Shown here piece by piece: positions 9,783 to 19,661 of a stretch of 64,000 nucleotides of DNA. A program made the translations under genes and the position numbers. Numbering within the stretch: the stretch's first letter is position 1; each line of letters starts with the position of its first letter. Source of the stretch: an uncultured archaeon (GTDB lineage Archaea; Thermoproteota; Nitrososphaeria; Nitrososphaerales; Gagatemarchaeaceae); the NCBI GenBank assembly GCA_963817525.1, contig CAWFOU010000007.1, positions 288,001 to 352,000 of the forward strand, in the 5' to 3' direction. The notes under the pieces are model-generated. The model ran no database searches, was not told the DNA's origin, and was given only the letters and a program-made list of their open reading frames with translations.

Positions 9783-10442
9783 TTGGACAAAAGTCACGGG
9801 CTCGCGCAAAGCAGCATCGGAAAGGGAATCGCAAGCCTCGACAGGAGGTTCGGGGTGATCAAATTGGCGAAGTTCGCCATGGCAGCGGGCTCTGGGTTTC
9901 TGCTCGCCGAGGCAATGATCACTCTCGGCGTCCTGCGCCTGTACGGGAGTCTGACGGCTCCCCATGATGCATATTCCTCGCCGGAGTTCCTGACTATCGA
10001 CATCTCGGCACTGGCCCTGGGTGTGGCCCTCTCCTTTTTCCTAAATGAGCACTTCACTGTCCGCAATGTGCAAAAGCCTCACGACGGGTCGAATAGCCTT
10101 CCCGCCAGGCTGGCGAAGTTTGAAGGCGTCAACGCGCTAGGAAATGCTGCCATAATAGCTTGCCAATTCGCGCTCCTGGTGGCGCTATCGGTCTCACCCT
10201 CAATCGGCAATATCATCGGCGCGATCGTCTGCTATCCAATCACATATCTCATGTCTATGCACTTCGTTTGGAGGAACGCCGACAACGGGTTGGGAGAGGA
10301 TCACCTCGCCCAAAGGCGCGGGGTTGGGACGAAGAAGGCCGGTCCGCTCTCGCCGCCATTTGGCACGATTCTCGTCCTAGCCACGTTGTACGTGACCAGC
10401 CGGTTCGCGAGAAGAAAAGCCCGCCACCCTTGGGCAAGGTAG
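9783..10442 (+). CDS. GtrA-family membrane protein
   Basis: KLAKFAMAAG, SFFLNEHFTV, RLAKF, YLMSMHFVW; 4 TM helices. Confidence 0.8.
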   Translation: MDKSHGLAQSSIGKGIASLDRRFGVIKLAKFAMAAGSGFLLAEAMITLGVLRLYGSLTAPHDAYSSPEFLTIDISALALGVALSFFLNEHFTVRNVQKPHDGSNSLPARLAKFEGVNALGNAAIIACQFALLVALSVSPSIGNIIGAIVCYPITYLMSMHFVWRNADNGLGEDHLAQRRGVGTKKAGPLSPPFGTILVLATLYVTSRFARRKARHPWAR

Positions 10443-10625
10443 GGAATCGTCCGCGGGCCTACGCACCCCTGGCCGACCCATGTATGTCCCCTCATTGAGA
10501 AATCTTCACGGTGCCGGCTTTGTATTGGAATCGGCACGGATCGCCCGTATTGATAACCAATGAAGCAATCCGCGTCCTCGACGTGCGCTGGCAGGAAATT
10601 GTCGAGATACGTGTAGCACACGGGG

Positions 10626-10670
10626 GAAGGCGATTAACAGAAACACGACCGCCAGCCCGAGCAGACCTAT
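10626..10670 (-). pseudogene. truncated remnant of a second DUF1328 gene
   Basis: Encodes IGLLGLAVVFLLIAF versus IGLLGLAIVFLVIAF in 9375..9545, then similarity stops. Confidence 0.55.
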
Positions 10671-10848
10671 AATTCGCTGATCTTTCACCATGAGATATGG
10701 GAATCCGATGGTTATCCTGTGGAAGGCGGTTTTTCGGGTAGCATGGTTCTCGCAAAATACTGGCACAATGGACGACGAGCTCGTGCGCAAAAAAGTGGGA
10801 GGGGTTCGGCTCGAGCGCCCTTGCGAGCGAGCGTCTACCCCTACGGTC

Positions 10849-11049
10849 TTAGATGGTTGGACTCGGACCCGGACTGGGCGATTGACCAGGCATGGATGGG
10901 TTCTGCGTGGGCTTCTGGGTTCCCTGTTGGAGGTCTTCCTTGCTCGTCTTGCCAGTGTCATGGACGGGCATGTGTTTGGTGAGTGACTCCGCGTCCCTGA
11001 AGACAGCCCCGCATATGTCGCACTTGTATTGGGTTTCCTGTTCTGCCAT
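10849..11049 (-). CDS. C2H2 zinc-finger microprotein
   Basis: YKCDICGAVFRDAESLTKHMPVH. Confidence 0.75.
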   Translation of the reverse strand: MAEQETQYKCDICGAVFRDAESLTKHMPVHDTGKTSKEDLQQGTQKPTQNPSMPGQSPSPGPSPTI

Positions 11050-11367
11050 GCCCCGATATCGAGTCTCGCCTTAAAGGAGTGTACCGATACGACTACATAA
11101 CACATCCACGTAAAATGCCTATACTCCTCTTGCCTGTGATGACCTCGGTGCCCTCTTTGGCGTGGGTCCAACCGGGCATCACCGGTCGTGAACGGTTGTC
11201 TCGCCTCTAATGGATCCGCATGCACAATCCTCTGACGCTTATGAGCTGCCTTGCATCAATGAATCGGCTCGCTGACTCACGCAGGACATGCTCCTCAGTG
11301 GAACTTTCTTAGGGGACCACCATGCGATAAGCGGTTAAACATCGCACCGATCTTGTTGCGAGAGAAA

Positions 11368-11499
11368 TTGAGCTGGCTGATAGTCTTCGTCAAGTGCGAG
11401 CAGTGCGAGATGACATTCAGAAACGAGGAGGGTTTGAAAAGACATCGCATTGCGCACGAGCCGGACGATGGTAGTGTGTTGGACACTCCACGGGAGTGA
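11368..11499 (+). CDS. C2H2 zinc-finger microprotein, 43 aa (absent from ORF track)
   Basis: TTG-SWLIVFVKCEQCEMTFRNEEGLKRHRIAHEPDDGSVLDTPRE*; canonical C-x2-C-x3-F-x5-L-x2-H-x3-H spacing. Confidence 0.6.
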   Translation: MSWLIVFVKCEQCEMTFRNEEGLKRHRIAHEPDDGSVLDTPRE

Positions 11500-11652
11500 C
11501 CGAAAGCAACTACCGATGGCTCTACGAATCCAGCAATCCACCGACCAATCCCCGGCGAGGCATCGTGCGCCCGCTCCAAACCGAATGCGTGCGTGAGGCC
11601 GGATCAGGCGTTCCTGCGCCTAAAGTGAAAATCCCTGAGCGTTGTGCCCAGG

Positions 11653-12012
11653 CTACTTTTCCATCTCGTTGTCTTGGCCTCCGAATATGTCCGCTAGCTC
11701 ATCGTAGGCTGCCATAAGCCTCCTTCCCCGCTCGGTGGTCACATATTTCGTCCTCTTGACGTATTCCTCGACCTGCAGCGTTGAGACGAGTTTCCGATTG
11801 AGCATGAAGTCGATATATTGTTGGAGCTGCTTTGAGTTAAGGTTGCACTTGTACATGACATGCGTCTTGAGCGCTCCTCCCTCACAGACTGTGAGCATGA
11901 GGTCGACGATTTCAAGCCAACCCCTGTTCCCCCATCTCAGGACGCTCTTGTTCTCCAAGTCACCGTGATTCTCAGCCATCTTTGCACCCGGCGACACGCC
12001 ACCCCTAATCAT
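11653..12012 (-). CDS. winged-HTH regulator (HTH_45/ArnR1-like)
   Basis: RGWLEIVDLML...KTHVMYKCNLNSKQLQQYIDFML...YVTTERG; true start may be the ATG of MAENH. Confidence 0.8.
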   Translation of the reverse strand: MIRGGVSPGAKMAENHGDLENKSVLRWGNRGWLEIVDLMLTVCEGGALKTHVMYKCNLNSKQLQQYIDFMLNRKLVSTLQVEEYVKRTKYVTTERGRRLMAAYDELADIFGGQDNEMEK

Positions 12013-12211
12013 CCCAATAGCGCCTCCTCCTCAGCGGCCGCCAGTTCGGCATCGAATGCTTCGATTCGTTGACCAGTCTGAGCCTGCGACCTGACTCGAA
12101 TCACAGCTGCAACAGCGCTGGGCTCGACGTCGTGCCAGGCGCCCACCTGTGCGCAGTCTTGTCATAGAGCACCAATTACCGGGCCGCTTATATCATCGGT
12201 GCAATTTTGTT

Positions 12212-12976
12212 CTATAACGCCGCAAGCATTCGTGAGTCTAGCTGGTGGGTCTCCGCAGCCGCTCCGCCTCCAGGTGGGATATCGCCGCCGTTTCCTCGGA
12301 TGAGCCGTGAGGCATCAGGGCCGAGGTTGAACAGCATGTCGACTATTGACAGATCAGGAACGAACGCCCCCGTGAATCTTTGGCGATATGGGATTGGGGC
12401 GTATTCCTGAAAGACGAGTCTGACCCCCTCGTTTTCGAACAGCGTCAGGTCTATGTAGTTCCTTCCGCCGCGGCCCGACACGTATGTGTCTGCCCCCACC
12501 GCTTTGCAAACGTTAACCAGTCGCTCGGTGGCCTTCCCATCCACCTTCAATTCTGACTCACGCACGACCGGGAGGTTGAGGCCGAGCCATTCCATCGATT
12601 GCTTCAAGAGGTCGAGGTCTAGCTCCAGCAGCAAGTCCCACTTACTTTGGAATGTCTCCTCAAGGCGGCCTGCGTAGAGCCCGTAGAATGATGCGTTGCG
12701 ATAGGAGAGGGAAATCTTCTTGCAGTGGTCGTCGCTCCAACGGACGCCGTTATTGATCTTGACAGAGGCGTTTGGAAGGAATTTGTCGTCCTTCACGATT
12801 GGCACGGTAAGCCATATCGGCCCTTGTGGGACGAGGATCTTGTTCCTGTTCGTGAACCGCTTATCGTATTGCACGTCATCCATTATCACGAGCACATCCG
12901 CGAGGCTCAGCTTGTGGAAAAAGCCCGGGTATGGGATGTACATCGGCTGATGGATGGCGGCCTTCATGATGTTCAC
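12212..12976 (-). CDS. WbqC-family protein
   Basis: AIHQPMYIPYPGFFHK, DDVQY, NRNKI, WLTVP, YVSGRGGRNY, DLSIVDMLFNLG. Confidence 0.9.
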   Translation of the reverse strand: MNIMKAAIHQPMYIPYPGFFHKLSLADVLVIMDDVQYDKRFTNRNKILVPQGPIWLTVPIVKDDKFLPNASVKINNGVRWSDDHCKKISLSYRNASFYGLYAGRLEETFQSKWDLLLELDLDLLKQSMEWLGLNLPVVRESELKVDGKATERLVNVCKAVGADTYVSGRGGRNYIDLTLFENEGVRLVFQEYAPIPYRQRFTGAFVPDLSIVDMLFNLGPDASRLIRGNGGDIPPGGGAAAETHQLDSRMLAAL

Positions 12977-13007
12977 CGAACTGTTCTCGAGAGCTACTCC
13001 CTTCCGA

Positions 13008-13961
13008 TCATCGGTCTTCGCGCTGGCTCGAATGCGAGCCAGCCTGAGGGCGGCCGTGCGTCCCGAGCAGCCTCGATACTTCGGATGTTCTCCTTCGTAG
13101 AGTTATTGTGGTGACCCCCGCGGCAAACGCGATTCTGATTTGCGTCGTGGACGCGGTGGTCTCGTTTGCCGCCAGGAAGAGCGCGGCAGCCGCGATTGAA
13201 GCAGGCCTCTTTCCCACCAAGAGCGGTTCATTCTTCACTTTCTCCAGGATTTGAATCGCCCGCCTCTCTGTGACACCTCCCAGGCGAGCGCGGTTTGCGA
13301 TTCTGGAGACCTGAGAGGCAGGGTCGGGGGAAGAGAGGCGCAGTCCCGCCCCCTTTGACAGCACCTTTGAATAGTGCAAGATGCTCTTTCCACCCTGAGC
13401 GTCAGCAATGTGCTGTATCTCCTTTACCGACCGTGGGATACCGCTCTCCCTGCACGCGAGGTAGACGGCAGCCTCAGCCATCCCGACGATGGACCTCCGT
13501 TTCCCGCGTCCATCCTCGACGCCCCTGCGGTATAGCTCGTACGCTCTCTCGACCGTGTTCTTGCCGGTGCCCAGGGAGTCGCCGATACGTTGGATCTCGC
13601 CCGCCGCCCTCGTGAGGTTCCTCCTCTTGGAGTCGCTCGCGATGGTCATGTTGTTCAGGCGCCTTAGCCGATTCATGTCTCCGATGTCGGAGATTTGATT
13701 CCCCCTCGCGTCGACGTCGCGGCCGTCGATTTTGGCGGGCAGGGAGATGTAATACATCATGCCCGAGTTGTCATCACCAATCACTGAACCCAACTCCGCG
13801 GAGGGAGCACCGAAGAACTCCGAGAACTTCAGGTCGTCACTTCTGCTCACGACGCCGCATTCGGCACAGACTTGCTCGCCGGTATCGAAGTCAGACACGA
13901 GGTCAGCTCGACACTCACGGCACTTTTCGGTCACTTTCAAGGAGGTTGGGTCCGCTAACAT
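13008..13961 (-). CDS. tfb: transcription initiation factor IIB (TFB) paralog
   Basis: Zn ribbon CRECR...GEQVCAECG; two cyclin repeats (AAVYLACRESGIPRS; GKRPASIAAAALF...TQIRIAFAAGVT). Confidence 0.9.
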   Translation of the reverse strand: MLADPTSLKVTEKCRECRADLVSDFDTGEQVCAECGVVSRSDDLKFSEFFGAPSAELGSVIGDDNSGMMYYISLPAKIDGRDVDARGNQISDIGDMNRLRRLNNMTIASDSKRRNLTRAAGEIQRIGDSLGTGKNTVERAYELYRRGVEDGRGKRRSIVGMAEAAVYLACRESGIPRSVKEIQHIADAQGGKSILHYSKVLSKGAGLRLSSPDPASQVSRIANRARLGGVTERRAIQILEKVKNEPLLVGKRPASIAAAALFLAANETTASTTQIRIAFAAGVTTITLRRRTSEVSRLLGTHGRPQAGSHSSQREDR

Positions 13962-14090
13962 GGCAGGCTTTTCGCGCGTCCCGAATAAAAACGGTTGGAC
14001 TAAAATTTCAATATTATTTTATGTCTTCAAAATTCAATAACAAAGTTCTGTGCGGTTGACCGAAGAAAAAACGGAAGCTCGAAGAGGAGA

Positions 14091-14120
14091 TAAAAAATAA
14101 AGGCCGCCATCAGGCGGCCT
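14091..14120 (-). terminator. hairpin plus U-tract after the wHTH gene
   Basis: AGGCCGCC-N4-GGCGGCCT stem at 14101-14120 followed on the minus strand by TTATTTTTTA. Confidence 0.45.
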
Positions 14121-14148
14121 GCGCTGATTCTTTCCGCGGCCGTGTCGT

Positions 14149-14439
14149 CTATCCGAGTAGATCTGGGATGACCGTTTCTGGGGTCTTGTTGTTGTCCAGA
14201 GAGACGATGTCGCTAATCTCGTCGTAGACTCTCAGGAACCGAAGGCCTTGCTCCGTGAGCTTGTATTCTTGGCTGTTCTCCTCGAAACTGATCAGTCGTC
14301 TTTCCTTGAGGAAGTGGATGTATTCCTGGACTTGCGCATAGGAAAGGTACGCGCTGTACATGAGCCGGGTCTTTGTCGCACCGTTCATCGCGGCCTGCAG
14401 AATCATGGCGATTATTTCTGTCCTGCTGCGGTACTTCAT
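14149..14439 (-). CDS. winged-HTH regulator (HTH_45/ArnR1-like)
   Basis: MKYRSRTEIIAMILQAAMNGATKTRLMYSAYLSYAQVQEY...YKLTEQG. Confidence 0.88.
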   Translation of the reverse strand: MKYRSRTEIIAMILQAAMNGATKTRLMYSAYLSYAQVQEYIHFLKERRLISFEENSQEYKLTEQGLRFLRVYDEISDIVSLDNNKTPETVIPDLLG

Positions 14440-14656
14440 GCTACCGTGTTATTCTGAGGTTCTGTATATTAACTATCTGAAACAATCTTCTAAAAAGTCC
14501 CTCCAGTTAAAATCCTTGCAACTAATTCGTCGACTCCGCGTCATTTTGGTTGAACCGTGATGGCTCGAGTCAATTTCGACTTACAATCACAAAGTAGATA
14601 CCTCCCTACAAAAAGTCAATCATCGACTTATATGCTCGCGGCAGGCTTTCCTCAAT

Positions 14657-16414
14657 TTGTGTTCGATAATCGGCTATCTCGGCACAGGAGAGGGCGCTCC
14701 TCTCCTCGTGGAGGCCTTGAGGCGGATGGAGTACAGGGGATACGACAGTGCTGGCGTTGCCATGTTCTGCGACGGCAACATCGTCCTGAAGAAGGGCGTG
14801 GGCAAGGTCGAACAAGTCAACACCGCCAAGCAGCTCGCGACACTCCGGGGTACGGCGGGGATAGCCCACACCAGGTGGGCTACGCACGGTGGAGTGACCG
14901 AGGCTAATGCGCATCCTCACCTCTCTTCGTCAGGTAAGACGGCCATCGTCCACAACGGAATCATAGAGAACTACGAGGAGCTCAAGGCCGAGGTGGGACA
15001 GCGCGGCTACCTCTTCAGAAGCGAGACCGACAGCGAAGTCATCGCGAACCTCTTGCAGTGCAACCGAGACCTCGGGATGACGGTGGAGGAGGCGGTCATC
15101 GAGACCCTTCGAGAGCTCAAAGGGAGATATGCCTTCGTGGCACTCATGGACGACGGGACGCTCGTAGGAGCCAGGAACCATGCCCCGCTCATTCTGGGAA
15201 TCGGAAGGGACGGCGCGTTTGTGTCGAGTGACATCATGGGGTTTGTTCAGGCTACTGATGATGTGATTTACATGGACAACGGGCAGTTTGTGATGATCAC
15301 CCAAGACAAGATCCGGATATCCGACTTCGACGGGGCCCCAGCGGCTCAGCGTCTAGTCAGAGTGTCGAAGGAGTTAGCAGACGATGATAAAAGGGGATAC
15401 GTCCATCACACGTTGAAGGAGATAAACGAACAGCCCGAGGTCATCGAGAAGGCCGGAGACCGGTTCAGGGCTGAACTCGGAATCCTCGCGGGGATGATTA
15501 AGCAAGCCGAGGTCGTCTACATTACCGGAAGCGGCAGCAGCTACAACGCCGCGCTGATAGGGAAGCATCTGTTTTCGAAGCACGCTGGAATAAGGCTGGA
15601 GCCGATCATCTCGAGCGAGGCGCAGTTCTCCCCGATGTATCTCGACTCACGTTCCCTTCTCCTGGCATTGTCCCAGAGCGGGGAGAGCGCGGACGTGCTA
15701 GAGGCCGCCGCGATAGCAAAGGAGCACGGCGCGGCGGTCGCCTCGATCGTGAACGTGCCGACGTCGTCTCTGGCCCGCCTTTCCTCGATCTCCGTGAGCC
15801 TCAACTGCGGACCTGAGGTCGGGGTGGCCGCGACGAAGAGCTTCACGTCCCAGCTCGCGGTGCTCTATGCGCTGAACGACATCCTGTGCGGAGGGAGCGA
15901 ATACGACCTGCGAAACGTCCCCGCCGCGATGTCAGAGATACTCGCAGATGACGGGCGGATCCGCAACCTCGCGGAGGAGCTGAATGACATCTCTGACATA
16001 TACGTCCTCGGCGATGGCGTGCACTACTTTATGGCCTCCGAGGCGGCTCTGAAGCTAAAGGAGCTCGCGTACGTCCATGCCGAGGCGATGCCAAGCGGGG
16101 AGTTGAAGCACGGCCCCCTGGCCCTCCTGGACTCGGCCTCATACGTGCTGGTCTTCAACCCCTACGACTCGACGTACTCCAACACGCTCGCGTCCGCCCA
16201 CGAGGCCAAGGCGCGCGGGGTCAAGGTGATAGGCGTCTCCGACAGGCCGAACGAGATCTACGACCACTGGATCAGGATCCCACACGTCGATGACCAGCTC
16301 TTCTCGATTCTGGAGATATTGCCTATCCAGCTCCTGGCGTACCACATGGCCGTGAACCGCAATGCCGACCCCGACTACCCGAGAAACCTCGCCAAGTCGG
16401 TGACCGTAAAGTAA
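14657..16414 (+). CDS. glmS: glutamine--fructose-6-phosphate transaminase (isomerizing)
   Basis: Catalytic Cys2, EYRGYDSAG, HTRWATHG, HNGIIEN, SQSGE, ELKHGP, PRNLAKSVTV. Confidence 0.97.
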   Translation: MCSIIGYLGTGEGAPLLVEALRRMEYRGYDSAGVAMFCDGNIVLKKGVGKVEQVNTAKQLATLRGTAGIAHTRWATHGGVTEANAHPHLSSSGKTAIVHNGIIENYEELKAEVGQRGYLFRSETDSEVIANLLQCNRDLGMTVEEAVIETLRELKGRYAFVALMDDGTLVGARNHAPLILGIGRDGAFVSSDIMGFVQATDDVIYMDNGQFVMITQDKIRISDFDGAPAAQRLVRVSKELADDDKRGYVHHTLKEINEQPEVIEKAGDRFRAELGILAGMIKQAEVVYITGSGSSYNAALIGKHLFSKHAGIRLEPIISSEAQFSPMYLDSRSLLLALSQSGESADVLEAAAIAKEHGAAVASIVNVPTSSLARLSSISVSLNCGPEVGVAATKSFTSQLAVLYALNDILCGGSEYDLRNVPAAMSEILADDGRIRNLAEELNDISDIYVLGDGVHYFMASEAALKLKELAYVHAEAMPSGELKHGPLALLDSASYVLVFNPYDSTYSNTLASAHEAKARGVKVIGVSDRPNEIYDHWIRIPHVDDQLFSILEILPIQLLAYHMAVNRNADPDYPRNLAKSVTVK

Positions 16415-16490
16415 GTGCGGCAGGACTCGAGACGCGGATGATTATTCTAGAAGTTTGAACGTCAAGCCTAGATAACGCCCGCTGGTATAG

Positions 16491-16685
16491 ATGGTCGATA
16501 TGTCACTTCGGCGAGGGCGGGCAGTCGGGAAGTCGAATCAGTCCCAGGATGTGAACTTCTTGGTGCGGACTTGCGCGCAATGCGATATGGGAGTCTTGCT
16601 CAGTGTCGGAGACGTTCTTTGCGGGGAAAACTGGTACCACCGTGATTGCTGGGAAGAGATCCGAGGGGTCTTCCCAGACGTATAG
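16491..16685 (+). CDS. small putative zinc-binding protein
   Basis: CAQC...WYHRDC; ATG start; LIM-like half-site pattern. Confidence 0.45.
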   Translation: MVDMSLRRGRAVGKSNQSQDVNFLVRTCAQCDMGVLLSVGDVLCGENWYHRDCWEEIRGVFPDV

Positions 16686-16781
16686 CTAGCGGGTTGACCG
16701 GATCCCTTTGTTGGAGCCGACCGGGACCTTTCCGAGTTTTACCCGTCCAGTTGTTTATATTCGGGAATCGGAATCGCGCTG

Positions 16782-18143
16782 ATGATGATCAAAGTATCCG
16801 GCGGCCGGGAAGGCAAGAGCTCGGTGCGTGCCGTTCTCCCCGCTGAGCTCGCGCAGTTTCTGAATCGCCGCTCGTATTCCCTCCTCATCAAGGGCGAAGC
16901 CGCGACCGGGAAGACCATCCTTGCTCTATCGATACTCAAGGAGTTCGGGGCGGGGGGCAACTATCTGTATCTCTCGACGAGGGTCTCGCCGTCTCAACTC
17001 TTCGAGAACCACCCGTGGCTGGCGGATCTCCCCAAGACCGAGAAGCGGGAGGTCGGCGACCAACCGGAAGACCAGAATCAGAGCCGATTCGTGGACTCTA
17101 GGCTCGACGAACCGATCCCATTCTTCGAGCGGATTACAAACGAGCTGATGGATACTAAGTCGCCGACGATCGTAATCGATTCATGGGACCCTATCGCCAT
17201 GATGATGAAAGACGAAGCACTGTTCTCGAACACGAAGGTCTTGCAGACGTGGCGCGAGCGGGCCGAGGCGAAGATAATCACCTTGGTCGAGGACTCTGAG
17301 AACACCAGCTTCGATTCTCTCTTTGACGGGGTCGTCACTCTTGACCGATATTACGAAGACGGAAGGATCGTCAGGATGATACAGCTTTCAAAGCTAAGCG
17401 GTGTGAAAGTGACTCGCCCCTCATATCTTTTCACTCTGGATGGCGGCATCTTTCAGAGTTTTGGGTCGCAAAGCCCGTTGGAAATCGAGGCTCGAAAGTC
17501 TCGCGGTTGGGCATGGGAGAAGAGGATGCACACCACGGGATATGTTGAACTCGACGCGGTTTTGGATCGGACGCTGCCCCAAGGCACGTTGGTGCACATC
17601 AACGTGACACCGGGAGTCAACTCGGGGACCGTCCTTCTCTTGCTGAGCGGGATCCTTGGGCGAGGCGGCCCACGGTCAAGGGCCATGTTTTTCAGGCCGT
17701 TCGAAGGGATAGGTCTGGAAAAGGCAAGCGGCGCGCTCGGAGACGTGATCCCCATAAGGCAAGCCAGGCCAAGAGGAGGGGGCAACGGGTCAAAGACGTG
17801 GGCCGAGTCGCTCAAGGGCTTGGTGAAGAAGCAGAAAGGAGCTAGGCCCGGGCAGAAGATTGCCGTGGTAGTGGGCTCGGAGTTCCTTCTCAACGCCGAC
17901 GGAGAAGAGGACAGGGAGGCCCTGCTCGAGCTCATGAAATCTGAAATCGACCTGTCGGTGCTGGTCAGCGACAGCGAGACGCCCTCGGAGAGCGGTGCCC
18001 AGGCCGCGGACGTCTCCCTCAAGCTCTCCGACATCAACGGAATCCCGCTGCTGGAGGGGCAGCTCCCATGGACGGAATACTTCGTCATCGCCGCGAATGC
18101 CTTTAACGGCGACCTGACTCTTCGCCTCGTCCCGATGGTATAA
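16782..18143 (+). CDS. GvpD-like / RAD55-KaiC superfamily P-loop ATPase
   Basis: LLIKGEAATGKT, YLSTRV, IVIDSWD, FDGVVTL; degenerate second RecA-like domain (TTGYVELDAVL). Confidence 0.8.
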   Translation: MMIKVSGGREGKSSVRAVLPAELAQFLNRRSYSLLIKGEAATGKTILALSILKEFGAGGNYLYLSTRVSPSQLFENHPWLADLPKTEKREVGDQPEDQNQSRFVDSRLDEPIPFFERITNELMDTKSPTIVIDSWDPIAMMMKDEALFSNTKVLQTWRERAEAKIITLVEDSENTSFDSLFDGVVTLDRYYEDGRIVRMIQLSKLSGVKVTRPSYLFTLDGGIFQSFGSQSPLEIEARKSRGWAWEKRMHTTGYVELDAVLDRTLPQGTLVHINVTPGVNSGTVLLLLSGILGRGGPRSRAMFFRPFEGIGLEKASGALGDVIPIRQARPRGGGNGSKTWAESLKGLVKKQKGARPGQKIAVVVGSEFLLNADGEEDREALLELMKSEIDLSVLVSDSETPSESGAQAADVSLKLSDINGIPLLEGQLPWTEYFVIAANAFNGDLTLRLVPMV

Positions 18144-18158
18144 ATATAGTGAAATCTG

Positions 18159-18551
18159 TTGAGTGGAACGTTGAGAATTCTCTTGGTGGACGACGAGGTC
18201 GACATCACCTCTAGCCTCAAGATGGGTCTCGAGCGTCATGGATTCCAGGTGGACGCCTTCAACGACCCCAAGAAGGCCCTCGCGGAATTCAAGGCAAACC
18301 GTTACGACATGATCTTCCTCGACATCAGGATGCCCCAGATGAACGGCTTCGAGCTGTACCGGGCCCTGAGAGCAAGCGACCAGAATGTGCAGATCGCCTT
18401 CTTGACCGCGTTCGATGTCTACCAAAACGAGTTCCACAAGATGTTTCCAGACATGAAGGTAGACAGGCTATTGCGGAAGCCCATCAGCATCAAGGAGCTG
18501 GTGGCATACGTAAAGTCCCAAAGGCCGCCTGCGAAAAAAGTCACGTTCTAG
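18159..18551 (+). CDS. receiver-only response regulator
   Basis: ILLVDDE, LDIRMPQMNG, FLTA, RKP; 15 bp downstream of the GvpD-like gene. Confidence 0.92.
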   Translation: MSGTLRILLVDDEVDITSSLKMGLERHGFQVDAFNDPKKALAEFKANRYDMIFLDIRMPQMNGFELYRALRASDQNVQIAFLTAFDVYQNEFHKMFPDMKVDRLLRKPISIKELVAYVKSQRPPAKKVTF

Positions 18552-18702
18552 GACGACTCGCCCTGGCACTCCGCCGATTGGGCCCCGGACTAGCGCGGCG
18601 TTCTGAGGCCGATGAAGGTTTCGTGCTTCTACTAGTGATTGATGTTAGGGAGTCGTGACCGCACTTGATTATAGCTTCGAGGCATACATTCTCCGAACGA
18701 AC

Positions 18703-19113
18703 ATGATCGGAGACAAGACTATTCGGTACGAAGGAAGGAACACCGACCTGGACTCACTGAGGGTCGGAATAGCCAACTACCTGCAGGGAGATGGCTTCAA
18801 AGTGCAGCTCCCGAAAGCGTCAGGTGCGGGGTGGCTCATCCAGGCCCAAAAGGGAGGGTTCCTGCGGGAGATCATTACGGCTGAGCGCGCGCTCAACATC
18901 ATGATACAGGGCGAGCCCAACAGCTTCAGCGTGCGAATAGGGGTAGGCAAGTGGGTCCAGAACGTGGCCGTGACAGCGGTGGAGACGATCGCCCTCTCCG
19001 AGCTCTTTCTTCCGCTCGACGTGGCAGAGATGGCGTGGACCCTGAACGTCGAGGACAAAGTCATCAAGAAGATCGACGAGCTCGTCCAATCGAACCCAGT
19101 CCCTGCGCGCTAG
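18703..19113 (+). CDS. conserved hypothetical protein
   Basis: ORF with host-like codon usage; ATG at 18703. Confidence 0.6.
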   Translation: MIGDKTIRYEGRNTDLDSLRVGIANYLQGDGFKVQLPKASGAGWLIQAQKGGFLREIITAERALNIMIQGEPNSFSVRIGVGKWVQNVAVTAVETIALSELFLPLDVAEMAWTLNVEDKVIKKIDELVQSNPVPAR

Positions 19114-19228
19114 GCAGCCTAGCGCCGGGGGCCCTATGTCGACCGCGCGGCCTACGATTTAGTCGTAATCGTAATCTCTCAGGTCGAAGGTTGCCCCTTC
19201 AGACGTCTAGCAGGCAGCGCGCCTGGAC

Positions 19229-19480
19229 TCAGGCCGCGGAGCCCTTCTTGAAGTGTTTGACCTTCCCGAAATCCCCGACATCGACGCCGAACCTCTTGGC
19301 CGCGGCGAGTATCCTGCGCCGCGCAGCCTCGGGGTGGCACTCGTTGGTTATAACCTGGTCGAAGCGAGCCATCGCGTTCCTGACGTGCGCCGCGTCGTTG
19401 ATCGGCAGCTTCCTGTCCACAGGGCAGGCAAATTGCGATGAGGAAAGACTCTCCCTCCTCTCCGTGTCTAGCTTGGCCAT
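19229..19480 (-). CDS. DUF6582-like small protein
   Basis: QFACPVDRKLPINDAAHVRNAMARFDQV...ARRRILAAAKRFGV. Confidence 0.75.
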   Translation of the reverse strand: MAKLDTERRESLSSSQFACPVDRKLPINDAAHVRNAMARFDQVITNECHPEAARRRILAAAKRFGVDVGDFGKVKHFKKGSAA

Positions 19481-19661
19481 GTTGGTGGGAATTCCCGGTC
19501 CCGTTTAAATAACGAAGTGAATATTGTTCTTTAGGACCGGCCCGGACACGACTGCTCGCACCTGACTCGACACGGCGAGAATTCCATAGGATATCGGTAC
19601 GGAAAATTCACTTGAAGCGTAGTAAGGATTCGAATTTAAGGCTGTAATCGATTCCGTCGAT

